DNA of 64,000 bases. It comes from Enoplolaimus lenunculus. Its lineage: Eukaryota. Below are positions 1 through 13,993 of this stretch, in pieces (within the stretch, counting starts at the first letter, position 1; every line of letters starts with the position of its first letter). A program made the position numbers and the translations under genes. The stretch covers positions 310,001-374,000 of the forward strand of contig JASANG010001414.1 in the NCBI GenBank assembly GCA_030248215.1, written 5' to 3'. The notes under the pieces were generated by a model that had not been told where the DNA came from, searched no databases, and worked only from the letters and a program-made list of their open reading frames with translations.

Positions 1-3000
1 ATAGCCCTGGGCTATCACAAAATTTCACCTTCTATATATATTTATATGAAAAGTTATTGTATAGCAGTTTTCAACATTGAAGACGTGTACGTACTTAGTT
101 CAATAGTTCAAAACAAATTCTCAGATGTGCTCGTAACTACAGCTAACTGATTTCACCAGATAAACCAGTAAACTACAGATTGAAGTTTGGTCTGGAATAA
201 GGATGAATTCGTTTTTAGTACATACATACATACATGTGTTTATATACGTTAAAATTGACATTTATGATATTATTATTATTTATTTTGATTGTTTTAATTT
301 CATTACATAACCAGGCTTTAGTGTGTATATATATGTGACACATTTGACAACGTTGCTGCTTTTTGTGGCGTCTGACGTGTTGCTGGAAGCTATATCAACT
401 GGTGGTGGTGTGCATTGTTGCGAGAGTATTGACAAAGGCGGTACCAGGGTTTGAGCTTGGGACGGTATAATTTTATGTTTAAAAATTTTTTATGACCGCT
501 AGGATTTTGAATATTATGCTAAACTATGTTTTAAAGCAGTATGTTATCGTCGCTAGAGAAACTTCGGGACGGGATATGTTGTTATACCCTCTATTTTTTC
601 CTTGTATACGCCCCGAGTATCGTTTAGCATTTTGACTTATTAATAATCAAATAGATATACTACTATACGACGATTGTACTGTGTATTTGGAGAAATCAAA
701 CTAGGCCATCTGCAGGACGGGTGTCGTAATATAAATATTTTCGAAACAGTGGGGTGTGGTCGGTTTCTGGATGTAGTTCTAGGCGGGCATATTAAATCTT
801 GTGTGGCACCTGCTGCCCAGTGGTTTTATTTTAAGCAAGTGAAAGGATGTTGTCTGAAATTCTAGAATCCACTGTGACGAATACTGAGTGTCCATTCATT
901 GGGATAAACTGTATTTTAATTGGTTTTGAGATAGTATGATAACGAAAAGATATATATACTCCAGTGGTTGGCCAGAAAAATCAAATGAAAGTTAATAAAG
1001 CAATTTTCCATGAATTTTATCCTACGAATGCATTATCGAAAATAAGTGCTACAAGCAGGGTTCGACTGTACATCTAACTCTGGCAGAAAATCGATGTCAC
1101 AGCTCCAGTAGGTATAAAATGCATTGTCGGCTATTTGTTGCTGAAAAGTATACCGGAAATAACTTTATCTTGATATATATTTATGAGCTAAATCATATTT
1201 TGTAGTGACTTTTGTTTAAAATGGCCAAAAAGGTATACTAAGAAATACAACAATTAAGAAACTAAATTATATCAAATTATATTAAATACTATATTAGCGT
1301 AATTTATAGTGTTGAACCGATACAGTAAACTACCGATACACCGATATTTGGACGGCAATAGTAGATATGTCCAGTAGCCGGTTTGCGCTTAATTTGCCGG
1401 GGCCTGATTTTAAATGCAATTTTTGCCTGATTCGATGCGTCTTGAAAAATGTTTGTCGTTCATAAAATTCATAGAACATGTAACAATATATTATATAGAA
1501 TACTTTGGTTCGACTCAACATTTCACTTTTCGACAAAACGTGTGAAAAGAATTTTAAAAAAGCATTCATTTACCCCAATTGGTACCCCCGGCGCCGTAAA
1601 AATTCTGGCCCTGGGGCAACTGTAATCGGTACGATATGTGCTGAGTTGAGATTTACACAAATACAACAAAACTACTTGTTGTCTATTGGTTATGAAACAT
1701 TAGTGGACACATTTTATCTTCCTAAGAAGTCGATAGTATATATGTTCTAGCCCAAGCCGTAATTCAGCCCAATTCCGAGTTTGGCTAGCCCACGGCGTAC
1801 TTCTTTCTCTGCTACATGTGCACGCCTTGTGATTGGTTACTCCATTAATGCTATACTCAAATACGATTATCTGATGCGAATACTCTGTTCTGATTGGCTA
1901 AGTAATCGTTAAGTATAAGTAAAATCGTTAAGTATCTGTTGACTATTAAGCAGTTTGTTTTACTAAGCTAATTTGGCGCTGTCAAGTAACCAATCAGAAA
2001 ACACACAGCGTTATTAGATTTGGGCTGACATATATACGCGGCAGCATTCCGTAATTCCATGCACTCTACAGGTATCTGGCTTGAATACGTTTTAGTATCC
2101 GGTCTCACACTGACTTAAATTGTGTGAACATCAAGATAGAAGATTTTAAATTGTAAATGCAAGTGATATTCGTGTAGGTACAGTTTGTAGTATATATTAC
2201 AACCACTTTTTTTGATTACTTAGGGTGGTGCGATACTCGCCGGCGCGCGGTATGTTAAACATTTTGCCGGACACGCCGCGCGCCGCTCTAAAACTATTAA
2301 AAAGTACCGCGCGGCGGTGTGCGGGAGTCTGGCTCAGTAAAGTATAGCGCAACCCTTACCCCTTCTTTCCTTAGATACGTATATAGTTGAATGTGAACAA
2401 TCTTATCTTGCTAAAGCTTTCTCTGTTTTGCTTTTTTGATTCCGCTTGATTACATCCCGTATTTTATTCTCAATCTCGGCGCGATTAAACTCATTCTACG
2501 TGTTATGTTATTTTGAGTGGTGTAACACATGCGTCATTTAAAACAACCTATACACTTAGTAACACAAAGATGACAGCTGTGAGACAGCGAAAAACAATTG
2601 GTTTTCCCGTTTGTCGGAGATTCTGACAATTTCGGTAGTAAAATTTTGCATAATTTTGCAAAATTTAACTTTGTGGGCACAAATGAAATTTTTTAAGATT
2701 ATAATGAATTTTATTCGTATTTCAATCAATACGAATAACAACGGAAACTGACACCGATTTTTATCCGCAACGAACAGATAAACTGGTTGCAGTTGCACCT
2801 TGTCCCACTAAAATGAAAAATTTGAATAATGTATACTGTAACGCCTGTTTAATTAATTACACCACTTACCCGAGTCCGGTTGCTTTACGGTTGGTGATCG
2901 TAATAAACCTCGCAAAATCATATGACCACGAATCGATAAGTAAAATACTAGCACGCAGTTGTGAATCAAATCCAGTCAGAAACCTGATAGAAGAAACGCC

Positions 3001-3254
3001 GTTCAGTGTGTGATTTTTACACTACTAGTTCCCCTTAAAGCAACATCGACTATACTTTTAATACCCCTATCCTGAATCATTCTTTCAAGTTTTCCAAATC
3101 AATTTTTAACATTTTCACGAGATAAAACAATAGACTCAAGTATCATTCAATCAATAGCCATATTTCTAAAAATGTGATGAAATCTTATTTTAGAAATTAT
3201 ATTTACGTCAAAACATGATTCAAAGTTTCTATTTTATTCAAAATCACGCGTGAA

Positions 3255-3415
3255 ATGTCACTATATAGAACAGAGCCTTAACAGTAGTATAAGCTTAAAT
3301 GAGCTTATACGTAAGCCTAAGCCTGAGCTTAAGCCTAAAGCAAAAATTTTATCGAAAGGTAAGCTTACTCTGTAGGAGTCCTGCAGAAAAACGTTCCGCG
3401 CCCCTTATCTTCAGG
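3255..3415. mobile_element. Degenerate GCCTAA MITE copy
   Basis: GCCTAA variants followed by AAGCTTACTCT...AAAACGTTCCGCGCCCC. Boundaries approximate. Confidence 0.7.
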
Positions 3416-3558
3416 ATTATAGTTTCATTGTTTTGGGCATTCTGCTCACTTGAACCATTTTATCTATAAAGTGCATAAATATCACTAAACAAGCATAATA
3501 TAGCTAAAAGAAAACTTTTTCCACGTTAACAACAACTTTTGTACACTTGATTGCGAAC

Positions 3559-3905
3559 ATGTAGTGACCCGAATAAGATTGGGACAAATATGACGTGGGT
3601 CCCGTTTTGAGTCCAGTCAATAGGAGTTCGTATCCCTAATAAGAGTCCGTAAGCGGATAGAGTCTCTAAATCAATTACTTTAGTTTTGAAAGTAAATTTC
3701 TAAGTATAACCTTGCATTATCGCTCAAGCTGTTTACAAGACAAATAAACGTTTATTTCATCGCATATTTGCAGTACCGGATATATCAGTAACGAAGGGCG
3801 GCGGAAGGCGGGTTAAAAATAAATAACAGTCCGTAACCGAATAACAGGGAGAACCTTCTGGAGAGGCCAAATAAATGTCAGTCCCCTTCTTATTCGGGTA
3901 CTGTA
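3559..3905. mobile_element. CTGTAGTGACCCGAATAAG family copy
   Basis: TGTAGTGACCCGAATAAG...CTTATTCGGGTACTG, interior homologous to 18676-19124. Confidence 0.78.
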
Positions 3906-4195
3906 AGTCTTCTATTATCCAAAGTCTAAGTCTATTAGCCTAATTGTAAAATCCAAAGTATGCTAAAACTTAAAAATTCCAAAACTGGGTGGAAGTGTAT
4001 AAGAGCCTATTCAACACATTGTGAACATTAAATTTTGACAAATCGACACGCCTGAGCTCTGACTGAAATATTTAAAGTTTGGAGCATGCATAACTATACT
4101 GTATCAGTTATAATTTGCCAGTCAATCAATATTCGACAGATAAAAAAATTGAAATTTTACTATGCTCTGCAGATCGTTCTCGAAGTATACGTTAT

Positions 4196-4416
4196 ACATG
4201 GGTAATTGAGCCAAAAGGACGAGATCGGAATAGTATAATAAGCTTATTCCAATTGCTAAGCCTAAGCCTAAGTCTAAGCCTCAAAACCTAAGCCTAAGCG
4301 TAAGAATAGAGCATTTTGCTAACCCTAAGCCAAGCAAAAAAATAGTCTAAAGCTAATAAGCTTACTCTATTGCAATCGCACAGAAAAACGTTCCGCCCCT
4401 GATTTTTACAGTGGCC
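4196..4416. mobile_element. Degenerate GCCTAA MITE copy
   Basis: GCCTAA array and right end AAAACGTTCCGCCCCTGATTTTTACAGTGGCC. Left boundary approximate. Confidence 0.72.
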
Positions 4417-6256
4417 GGTGCTTGCTAACCATATGTTATCAATTTGTTCAAGTACACGCACCCCGAGGTCATACAGTTAAATTAATGTTAAGCAAACTAC
4501 TTTTGAGTTTAAAACACAAGTTGTTGCTAAATTTCTGCGACGAAACACATATTTTCAATGTTTTAGTTGTTCTGGAATAAGGTAAAGCTGAACCAGTTGG
4601 TCGTACGCTTTTGTAAAGCTATTTCACTAACTTATATATCCTTCTACAGCAGTAATTACTAGCTTTACTTTCGTTGACAACGCTTGAAATATTACAGTTC
4701 CGGTTCAATGTTCAGTATGATACGAGTTTTAAAAGTCGACAGTCATTGTAAAGACAGACAGACCTACCACGGCGATTTCGCTGAGTTTCGGGACGAAGCT
4801 TTTAAACAACTGTGAAATTTTGAGATATCGGAACGAAAAATTTGCATTGTAAAGTTTGATTTTAACCCTCAAAAATTTACACTAGGCAGCCGGTGGGAGG
4901 GGGATTCATCCCCCATCCCCGAAACTGGATCCGCCCTTGGACAACAAGAACCATTAGTTTTATGAATTTTAATTTTAAGCTGTATGTTTTGGCGAATCTG
5001 CCACAAATTTTCAAAATCTGTTAAGGTATAATGAAAATTTTGATTACTATTAAATTTGTTATAAGAGTGAAATATTATAGGATTAATGTCTTAGGCGACG
5101 AGGATCCCAATCCACTTTCTGGGTAGATGTATGGGGTGTATACATTTCGAATACGTTACATTCGGCTTTAACAGCTGTGTTCTTGGCTGCCACTTTCAGA
5201 AATGTTTTCGTTTACGAATTTCCCTATTAAATATTTGGCTGAAAGCCTAAAGTTCTAAAATCGTTGATGAAATGTCTTACAATTTTCACTATAATTCCAT
5301 ATTTTATAAAATTGTGTGAAAGAGGTGTGAAAAAATTTTCCAAAAATTTCACTGCTGTTCATACTTTCTGGTCCAGTGACAGCAAAGATGAGCGTAAAAG
5401 GCGAAAGTGCTAGAAAACCACAAGCTTATGAGTGGGCTTAAAACTTCTCAAGGCAAATTTTGCCAAGGATGCTATAGACCCTCTCTACCCGATCTGACAG
5501 AGGACCCTAAATAGCATTCTGTTTTTATTTATATACATAATAACATTCAGATACAACACGTCATTACGTTCAAAACTCACAGGAAACTGTAGCTGTTTTT
5601 GTCTAAATATTACCACGAAATATAGTAAAATTGCGCACACAACCTCACTTTCCAACGGTACCAAAACGCTCACCTGGTGTGCGGGGTACATTAATTACGC
5701 TCAGTTGAAAGTGCTGCTAAGCCCCAATTTCGCTCCGGAACCAAAAGTCTAAAGTGTACCAAACTTGAAAGTTGTTACAGTCGGAACAGTTTTATAATAC
5801 GAAATGTTCACTCTTAAATTGTAAATTTTGAAGCAAGTTTTTATTTTGTACACAGGTTTTTTCTGGTTTAAACGTTGATCAGGTATTTTAGTTTAACTGG
5901 TGGTACCATTAAAGGAATGAAAATCTCAGGTGAAATATAGGAACACGCTATATTGAGTGACAGCTTCGATTATACAAGTTTGACTAGATTTTTGTTTTCG
6001 TTATAACATCACAGCAACAGTACTATATTCGTATGGCATACGGCGGCGCTATACTTTACTGAGCCGGATGCTGCCGTGTGCTGCCGCACGCCGCTATGCA
6101 TTGCTATAACAAAAATTTAGGCAAAACCTATTTGGTGGTGTGCAGAAATTTTTAGTAATAAAAAACGCGCAGCAAGTATAGCGGAAACCTAAACGTTTTC
6201 TAGGAAGAAAAAATGGTTTATCGCAAAAATCAACCAGTTTGAGAATAGTAATCAAT

Positions 6257-6448
6257 CAGGGTCGGAGCAGTCACTTCCCATACCCCCATTTAGGGGTGCC
6301 TCAGCCCTAAATGGGCCCCTAACCGGTTGATTCAAAAACGGCCGAAGTTTTAAAATGCGTCTGGCTTCTCATTCGCTTCGAACGCAACTGTGGGGACTCC
6401 CACTTTGAAGTTTGGGATGATCTCCCACCACTGTCTGCTCCGGCACTG
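6257..6448. mobile_element. hAT-like MITE, same family as 35270-35467
   Basis: CAGGGTCGGAGCAGTCA...TGTCTGCTCCGGCACTG with shared internal GCCGAAGTTTTAAAAT.CGTCTGGCTTC. Confidence 0.72.
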
Positions 6449-7619
6449 GTAAAAAATTAAAAATCGGCATTGGAATCAAGATATTTTCATTTTGTTGAAT
6501 GACCCAAACTGCAATGCACCACCGGCATCTACCCGGCAGATCGGTCTGACAGTCTACAGCTGCCGAACTAAAATACAAGCGGACTGCACCTTGCAAATCC
6601 ATCCTAATCAATAGTTTTCTAATTTTGTAAACATAAGTACCGAACTATCATTTCCTAACTTGTGTATTTAAATTATTTCTGGCGTTATTGTTGTGAAGCT
6701 GTTGTATTCCATTAACCGTAGGATGGCGTATCAAATACCAGCCCAACCCAATTCTTTCAGGTTCATATTTTATAACACCGCTGAAAATGTACCGATCATT
6801 AATAACTAAGTTGTAACTTAATACTAAACCAACGTTAGTCAATTGCAAGGTGGTGTTGTACTTGCTGTACCATAAGGGTTGGTATAACAAAATATTTGGA
6901 TCTCATCGTATGGTCCCCTTCTGAGCGAGTCAGACGATCCGGCCGATTAAAAGTTCAGTCTAGGTTTAGCAATCAGTCATACTGTATTTTTAGGCAAACT
7001 AGCCTAAGTTTAGCCTGAAGAGGTTGTTCTGTAGGCATGCGTCGATGTAGAATTTTTAGATTTCAGCGAATAAGTAGGCACTTTGAGCAAATAATGATAC
7101 GTTTGTACACTATTCTGAGCGGAAGTTGACGGGCGGACGTTTTTCCGTGGACTTCAGACTTCTCAGTAGCGCAAGTTTTTTAGTTGTCCTACTATTTTTG
7201 ATAAGCCTTAAGGTTAGGTTTTTACCTAGGCTTAGTCGTAGGCTTGTCGCAAACATGTTGAAACTTAGGTTTGGGCTTAGTAAAATATGTTTATACTATT
7301 GCTACCGCCCTCAGCTTGACGTTGGTTGATGCGGGTTAACTGGCGCCAGAGTATCTCCTGTCTGCGTTCCACATTACCATTGCAGGTAAATTTTAATTCG
7401 AATCTGAGGTTTTGGTCAATGTTACAAAATGGACACGTAATTAAGTAGTAGAATTAAACCTGTATAAAAGCGTCGTTCCTTTGTTCCGCTTGACAGGCTA
7501 ATTTTCTACTCCGTTTACAATTGCCAACATTACCTTTCGCTTCCGGTTGCTAAAAGTTTACCGGTTTTTAGTGACTTTAATTGTTTAGTCTAATTTGAAT
7601 TTATATTTTAGGCAGCGTT

Positions 7620-7819
7620 CACTGCAAAAAATGGTGAGTCATATTGACTCGCTCCGAAATAGGCTTTTCCGCACTACACAAACTGAGTTCAAATTTGACT
7701 CACTTAGTGATTCATTGAGTCAAATTTGACTCTGGCGGAGTCGAATTTTGACTCAGTTTGTGTAGTCCGGAAAAGACTATTTCGGAGAGAGTCAATTTTA
7801 CTCACCATTTTTTGCAGAG
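7620..7819. mobile_element. CACTGCAAAAAA MITE copy
   Basis: Same TIRs, flanked by TT/TT. Confidence 0.85.
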
Positions 7820-7974
7820 TTGTTGAATTCGCCAGATATACGTTTTAGTTTACAATTAACCGTTTATCGCTCAAAGTTTATAAAGTTTCTCTGAATCATT
7901 AAATTTGCAACTTAAATACTCATTTATTTATCAGTTAAACTTCTGTTCCATACAACTAAATTGGCAATTTTGTA

Positions 7975-8196
7975 CACTGCAAAAAATGGTGAGTCAAACT
8001 GACTATCTCCTAACTAGGCTTTTCGGGACTACACAAACTAAGTCACAAAAACTGAGTCAAATCCGTCTCCACCAGAGTAAAATTCGACACTCTGAGTGTC
8101 ACGTTTGAGTCCGGTGGAGTCGAATTTGACTCATTTGTGTAATCCCGAAAAGCCTATTTCGGAGAGAGTCAAGGTGAGTCACTATATTTTGAAGTG
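7975..8196. mobile_element. CACTGCAAAAAA MITE copy
   Basis: Same TIRs, flanked by TA/TA. Confidence 0.85.
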
Positions 8197-8347
8197 TAGT
8201 TGATTAATACGGGAAACTTTAATTGATATCTAAGGGGTGAATCTTTAATCCTAAAAAATTCCAATTACATCTCTAGTTTATACTGCTCTCGACTCTAAAA
8301 TTTACCTTAGTTAATAATAGTCTTTTTATTGTTTTTATCCAATGTTC

Positions 8348-8410
8348 GGCACATCTCAAGTTCAGCGGCGGAACGTTTTTTGGGGACTACAATGCAGAGT
8401 AAGCTTAAGC
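8348..8410. mobile_element. Left half of split TTAGGC-carrying MITE
   Basis: GGCACATCTCAAGTTCAGCGGCGGAACGTTTTT...GAGTAAGCTTAAGC matches the end of the intact copies (e.g. 54115-54303). Confidence 0.8.
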
Positions 8411-10199
8411 TGCTCTCCAAAAAAATTTACTTAAAATTAAGTAAAACTATTGCCAAATTAAGCACCAGTTTTACTTACTATGGTGCTTGGCAAAGTTTTA
8501 CTTAATTTTTGAGTAATTAGGAATTTTTTAGTTCTACTTAATTTTTAAGTAAATGTGTACTTATTTTTGAAGCGATTGTGTAGCGGCGTTACAGAACTAT
8601 ACTTAATTTTTAAGTAGTTATATACTTAAAATTTTAAGGAAACAAATGCTTAATACTTTAACAAGTGTAATACTTAAAATTATAGTTGTTCATTTTAGCA
8701 GCTCCGAAAACTATTTCCTTTATTTTATTTCAAATAAAAAGAAAACAAAAATGTAATACAACGTAACTGAAACTCAAACACTAATACTCGCGCTCAGGCA
8801 ACAATGCAAAATAATTAACAGTAAAAATGCGAAATTACATTTTCCGTTGCGGGTTGTCGTAGCAACATAAACATAAGTTGGGCGAAAGGAAACTGATTGA
8901 AATACGCTCACAATGAATATTTAATTTGTTAGAATTATGAGCCTTCATTGTAAGCAACAGGGCACACCGAGCCAACCTCCGCTCCCCAAACCGGCCTCTT
9001 GCCCCGCTCCAGTGGAATTTTTGCCAGATGTTCCGGGGCAATTTTGGTAGTAAAATTTTCATACTTTTGTAAAATTAATCTGTTTAGCGTGTTTTAATTA
9101 CTTTTGTCACATTTTTCAGTAAATAATTTCCGAAATTTTGCAGAAACTTAGCATAAAAATTAATTAATTAGCCATCCTTTTTACTACCTATTTTCCTCAC
9201 CTCCCCCCAACTTTCTTGCCGTTCGTATTATTCACGTCCAGTTGTAGCCTGTTAACCAAAGATTTGATTATGAACATTTATCATTACAAAAATGAAAACA
9301 ATGTTTCTAAATCTGTGACTTAGTTTCCCCCTGGTTTTGTAACGCACTAAACAACATTTTGAGTTAGGCGCGTTTAACAAAAAGTTTTGGTAAAAATCCA
9401 TAAAACTGAAGTGCTAAATGATATGAAATTAATAAAGAGATAAATTCATTGACCAAATGCAGTTTAGCGTATTGTTGAAAACATATGGAAACGGGGTAAT
9501 TGAGTAAAACGTACGGTTCGCTTAGTATTAATCTGATCATGAACCATTTCTTCGAGTTTAACAAAAGTTGCTTACAAGTATTTCAAATCGCATACATTCC
9601 GGCATTTTTACAAAAACAACTATAACTATCCCTCGCAGTATTACATAATCTCGCGGACTTGTATGACACATATTATCTAATGAATCATGTCAAAAATAAA
9701 ACACTACTTTAAACGCTACTTGCGTTTGAACAACGTTACAAACACGCTTTAGTGGACAAAAGCTAACTGTCCGCTCACAATGCTTTTCTCAAAACGCGAA
9801 AGCGTCCAGGCGTGACCTCTGAACTTTTGTACTTCAATTTCCATTTTTGTTTTGATTACTATCCGTTTCCGTTTCCGAAATTTTTACTATTCGTTTACGC
9901 AAGCATGAAGGCTAATTTATAGTTGCTGATAAACACATGGCTGTAATGTATTAATATTCCAGCAATTGCCATTGTACAAAATACGTCCGCCTTCCTCATT
10001 GTCGCTTTCTTGGTAAGAATTGGATTCGTCGAATTCAATGTCTAACGCACTATCTATGATTTTAGCGTCGTTGGTAAGAGTGATATTGTTGCACGCCTTT
10101 TTTACCTGCGCATTTAATTCGTCGATGTCACTGGTTTTGTCTTGAATTGAAGACGTTTTTGCGAACCCACTTCTCACAGTCTTTACGCACGATTGCTGT

Positions 10200-13100
10200 G
10201 CTGTCTGTTGTTTGCCGTTTTCGACGCTAATTAAGGCGCCTGATTTCGATGCATGAAGTTTCCTTGATAAACGAATATAGTCCGACGTATCGTTGTGGAA
10301 CCTTGCACCAAAACTGCTCTTTCACAAAACTTAGAAGTTCATAGACACACCCAGCATCCTTGGGGTATTCTAAATTTAACACATGAAACATTGAATACAC
10401 AACTTCGAGGCCGTGAAGAATGTTGGCAGATCCTGATAGTAGAAGTGGTATGCGGTTGACAACTCAACATTTGTATAATAGTACCAGCCCCAGTACCATC
10501 GTGTGTGAATACAAGCAAATAAGGTTGGTTACCTTCGCCGCGCGTTTGCAACTCTTCGTTTAAACTTTTGTGGGAAGGCTAAAACAAGTAAGTCCAATTT
10601 GGAGCGGCTAAGCTTAGAACCCAGCAAACTATGCATAAACTTCGAGTGCGGCGAGTCACACTTATGCGGGATTTGCGTTATAATCGAGGCAGGTGGGCCA
10701 ATTTCTCCGATGATGATTCGACATCAACGTCTGAATAGTGCTACCATATATGGGGTCAACAGACCTAATGCGTTCACGTTATACCGGGCAGCTTGGGCAC
10801 GTTTTGTCTTTATTAGCCTATTGGGCACGTTTTGTCTGCTCAGCTCAATATCATATTCAAAAAGTCGTATTTGTCTTCTACCATCATGTGTTGGTCACTT
10901 TTTGTCCTTCAATATAGTATGATATTCGACATATTGTCAGCGAATATCATATCATATATTTTCAAATGTCTACATACTTAAGGTAATACCCAAGTTATCC
11001 TGCTGAATATCACATGATCCTAGAATTTGAAATTTGAATTTTTGAATTATGACACTTTTTTATGCGATTTTGTGTCGGAATGTGTTTGCAGACGTGTATT
11101 CGGTATTTTATGCACACCACATCTGTGATCGATTTATTAGCACCAGAAGATTACACTGTCCCCCGCTGAATATCATATGATATTCGTTGTAATTTTGGAA
11201 TACCATGTGGTATTCGCATAAATGTCCCTTAGTATCATGTGACATACTGTATTGACCCGAATAAGAGGGTGGGGTAATACGCTGAAAAATTCGTTTCTGA
11301 CACAAAATGGCTCAGCACTACGGCGTCAGATTCAAAAATTAAAATTTCAAATTTTATTTAAAATTCTACTAACAAATAAATTTTCAACATAAATATTTCG
11401 CTGTTAAATTAAGCGTGTAGACATTTTAAAATATATCATACGACATTCGCAGACAATACGTCGAATAGCATATGATATTGAAGAAACAAAAAGGCCTTAC
11501 ATATGATAATAGCAGACAAATACGAATTGTTGAGTATGATATGGGGTCTACTAGCAGACAAAATGTTTCCCAATAGCCATTAGAGACAAAACATGTTCCA
11601 TGCTACCCTGTTGTAATTATATCAATATAAACATTATAGGTGAAAATCATACGCACCGTTCTATCTTGCCACAACTTTCAGCTGATTTTTGTATTAAAAA
11701 TTAACATAATTGACAATGTCTTAACTTTCTAAAATTGAAAATTTCCGAGTCATTTCTGCAGCTTGTTGTTACGCCCATGGACAATATATGGCAGAACAAT
11801 CAATGCCACATACTCGTTTCATCTAGAAAAGCACAGAACATTAAGTCGAGTCATAAAACGTACATAATAGGTTAAACAATGTGTGATTTCGATTGTCCCG
11901 ACTAACGGTCTATGTTTTTCCATCTTGTTTTGTATCATCGTTAATTCTTACGCCTCAGCGATAAATAAGCGCTACTTATTAAATCGAAGCCGGAAAAGAT
12001 AGGAATTTCTGCTGGAGCCCGCAATGGATACTTGTCGCATCCTATATTAAACGTTACGTAATCATGATGGCAGCAGTGATTAGCAGACAGTTTAAAATAT
12101 TGAAATACGATATAGCCATATAAGTAGACAAAATTACATGGTAGTTTATTAGCCACAAACATTGCGACCAGCACAAACGATTCGATAGATTGCTTTTTCA
12201 TATTAAAATCCGGAATGACTTAGTATTTTACATGATAAGCATGACGCAAATATTTGTTTCGGTAAACGCTTGACATTAGACAAAAATTACTAACCAGGTT
12301 CTAGGTTTCAACGTCGTCTGTGCTCGAAATTCCACGAGTAACAGCACTAGGGCAGCGTTTTTCGGTTATTACTTCTTGTTCCTGACTTCTGGAAAGCTTC
12401 AGTCAATATAATTGGCCAGTTTCGACGTTTCGGTCAATGGCTTTCCTGCTGACTTCCCATCGTATTCAGGCAAATTTCGCGTCTTCTTTATCTGAAACTT
12501 AACGGGAATGATGCAATAGTACAAGCAACTCGTTCCGTAAAGGTCTTTTTTCCGTTATTAAATCTACTTAATTAGTAACGTGTAATTTGCGGGTGAAAAT
12601 GTTATAAACACACAATCAGCGAAATATGTTAAACTAGCACTATGCAACTTGGTTTAGTTTTGCGGTAAATTTAGTGTTCAAGATATAAATGTAGCTAGTT
12701 CACCAATAAAAAATTTACCAAAGTAGGAACGTCTTCATCTGGCCAACTGGTGATACTTCGCTGCATGTGGGGTTGTAGACTTGATCCACTGATATCGTTG
12801 ATACTGAGTCTTAATCATGAGATCCGTGATCTTTTCAATTGATGCCTTGTCATGCGGCGAGCTGCTTCAACTGCATCGACAGTATCATCCACGCTGTTTA
12901 AATCATCGCTGTTATCTGCACATTTTCAGTGGATTTCGTAGACCAAGATTCGCGCGCGTATCCGTATTCATCCGATTGTATCTCTGCTTGTTTATATTAC
13001 TTGCCCAGCCTCCCTTGGACGTTTCTGGATCAAATATATGCTCCTGAAACGCAAGACATGTAAAATTATTGTATGAGAATATGAAACTTATTTTTATTGC

Positions 13101-13408
13101 TCTATTTGAAAGATACAATTAAATTCAATTGATGGACAATGTCCAATTTTAAAACGCAATCTCCACTCGGGTGCATCTAGGCATGTGACTACAGTGAGGT
13201 TCAGCTAGGTATCAGGTACACTAGGCTTCGGCTATACATCTAAAAATTCGATTTTTAACCTATAGAAAGCATTTCCCTTCGTTATGAGCCGAGCTAAAAA
13301 TCAATACTTACATATCCGTATTTGGAATTTTCATCTCGCAGTAACGGAAAGTGTGTGACAATCGAATGACCCATCTTTGCTTTCTCGTCCATAGTAGGCT
13401 GTCCATAC
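10200..13408 (-). pseudogene. Spliced, disrupted EnSpm-associated ORF2-like gene remnant
   Basis: Exon 13408-13312 (YGQPTMDEKAKMGHSIVTHFPLLRDENSKYGY, GT-AG bounded) joins in phase to the exon starting at 13043 (EHIFDPETSKGG). The exon from ~10578 reads QPYLLVF, then frameshifts to VVNRIPLLL...LEVVYSMFHVLNLEYPKDAGCVYELL. Stops and frameshifts are present. The family call is from recalled motifs. Confidence 0.6.
10784..11610. mobile_element. Long-TIR foldback element nested in the CACTA-like element
   Basis: Left arm CCGGGCAGCTTGGGCACGTTTTGTCT...TTGGGCACGTTTTGTCTGCT is inversely matched by right arm AGCAGACAAAATGTTTCCCAA...AGACAAAACATGTTCCATGCTACCCTG, over roughly 200 bp. Confidence 0.75.
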
Positions 13409-13993
13409 CTAAACGTAACCGATGTGGTTGGAATTACATGACCTCTAACCAGAGTGGCCGCAAAGGTGCGGATTCGGATTCAAATTCGGCAAAAACTTGT
13501 GGTTCGGATTCGGATTCGTTTTGAAAAAGCTGAATCCAAAAGCCGAATCCAACAGTGTTCGGCAATACGTTTTTTCAGTTTCAAACATTAACAATTTTAA
13601 ATATCTTGATTATTAATAAAAAAATTTTGTTTCAGGTCACAAATCTCGAAACTGAGGTCGAACACGAAGTAAATTAACGTTTAAAAGCTATGCGGCTGGC
13701 ATTGCGTTAATATACTGAAACAATTTATGGATACAACTGAAATTTGTAACATGTAAGATTCTTATTCGGATTAAGTCAATCATTACGCGGTATTGACACT
13801 AAACGTTGCTTGATTGGATTTGCATATCCCAATCTGTTTTGAAGATGACTCAGTCAAAATGAATGCGCTATGCCGAACGCTGAAAATGTGCGTTTCTAGT
13901 CGGATGTGGTTAACATAATAAACTAATTCACCTGCTGCAGTGCTCTAGTAACCATTGCGCGCATAGCGCATCTATCATTCTACTTGTTTAAAG

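Noticed and set aside
7620..8196. Repeated palindromic units resembling a CRISPR array or REP elements
   Set aside because: Eukaryotic context, no regular repeat-spacer periodicity and no cas genes. The units are dispersed TIR elements with TSDs.
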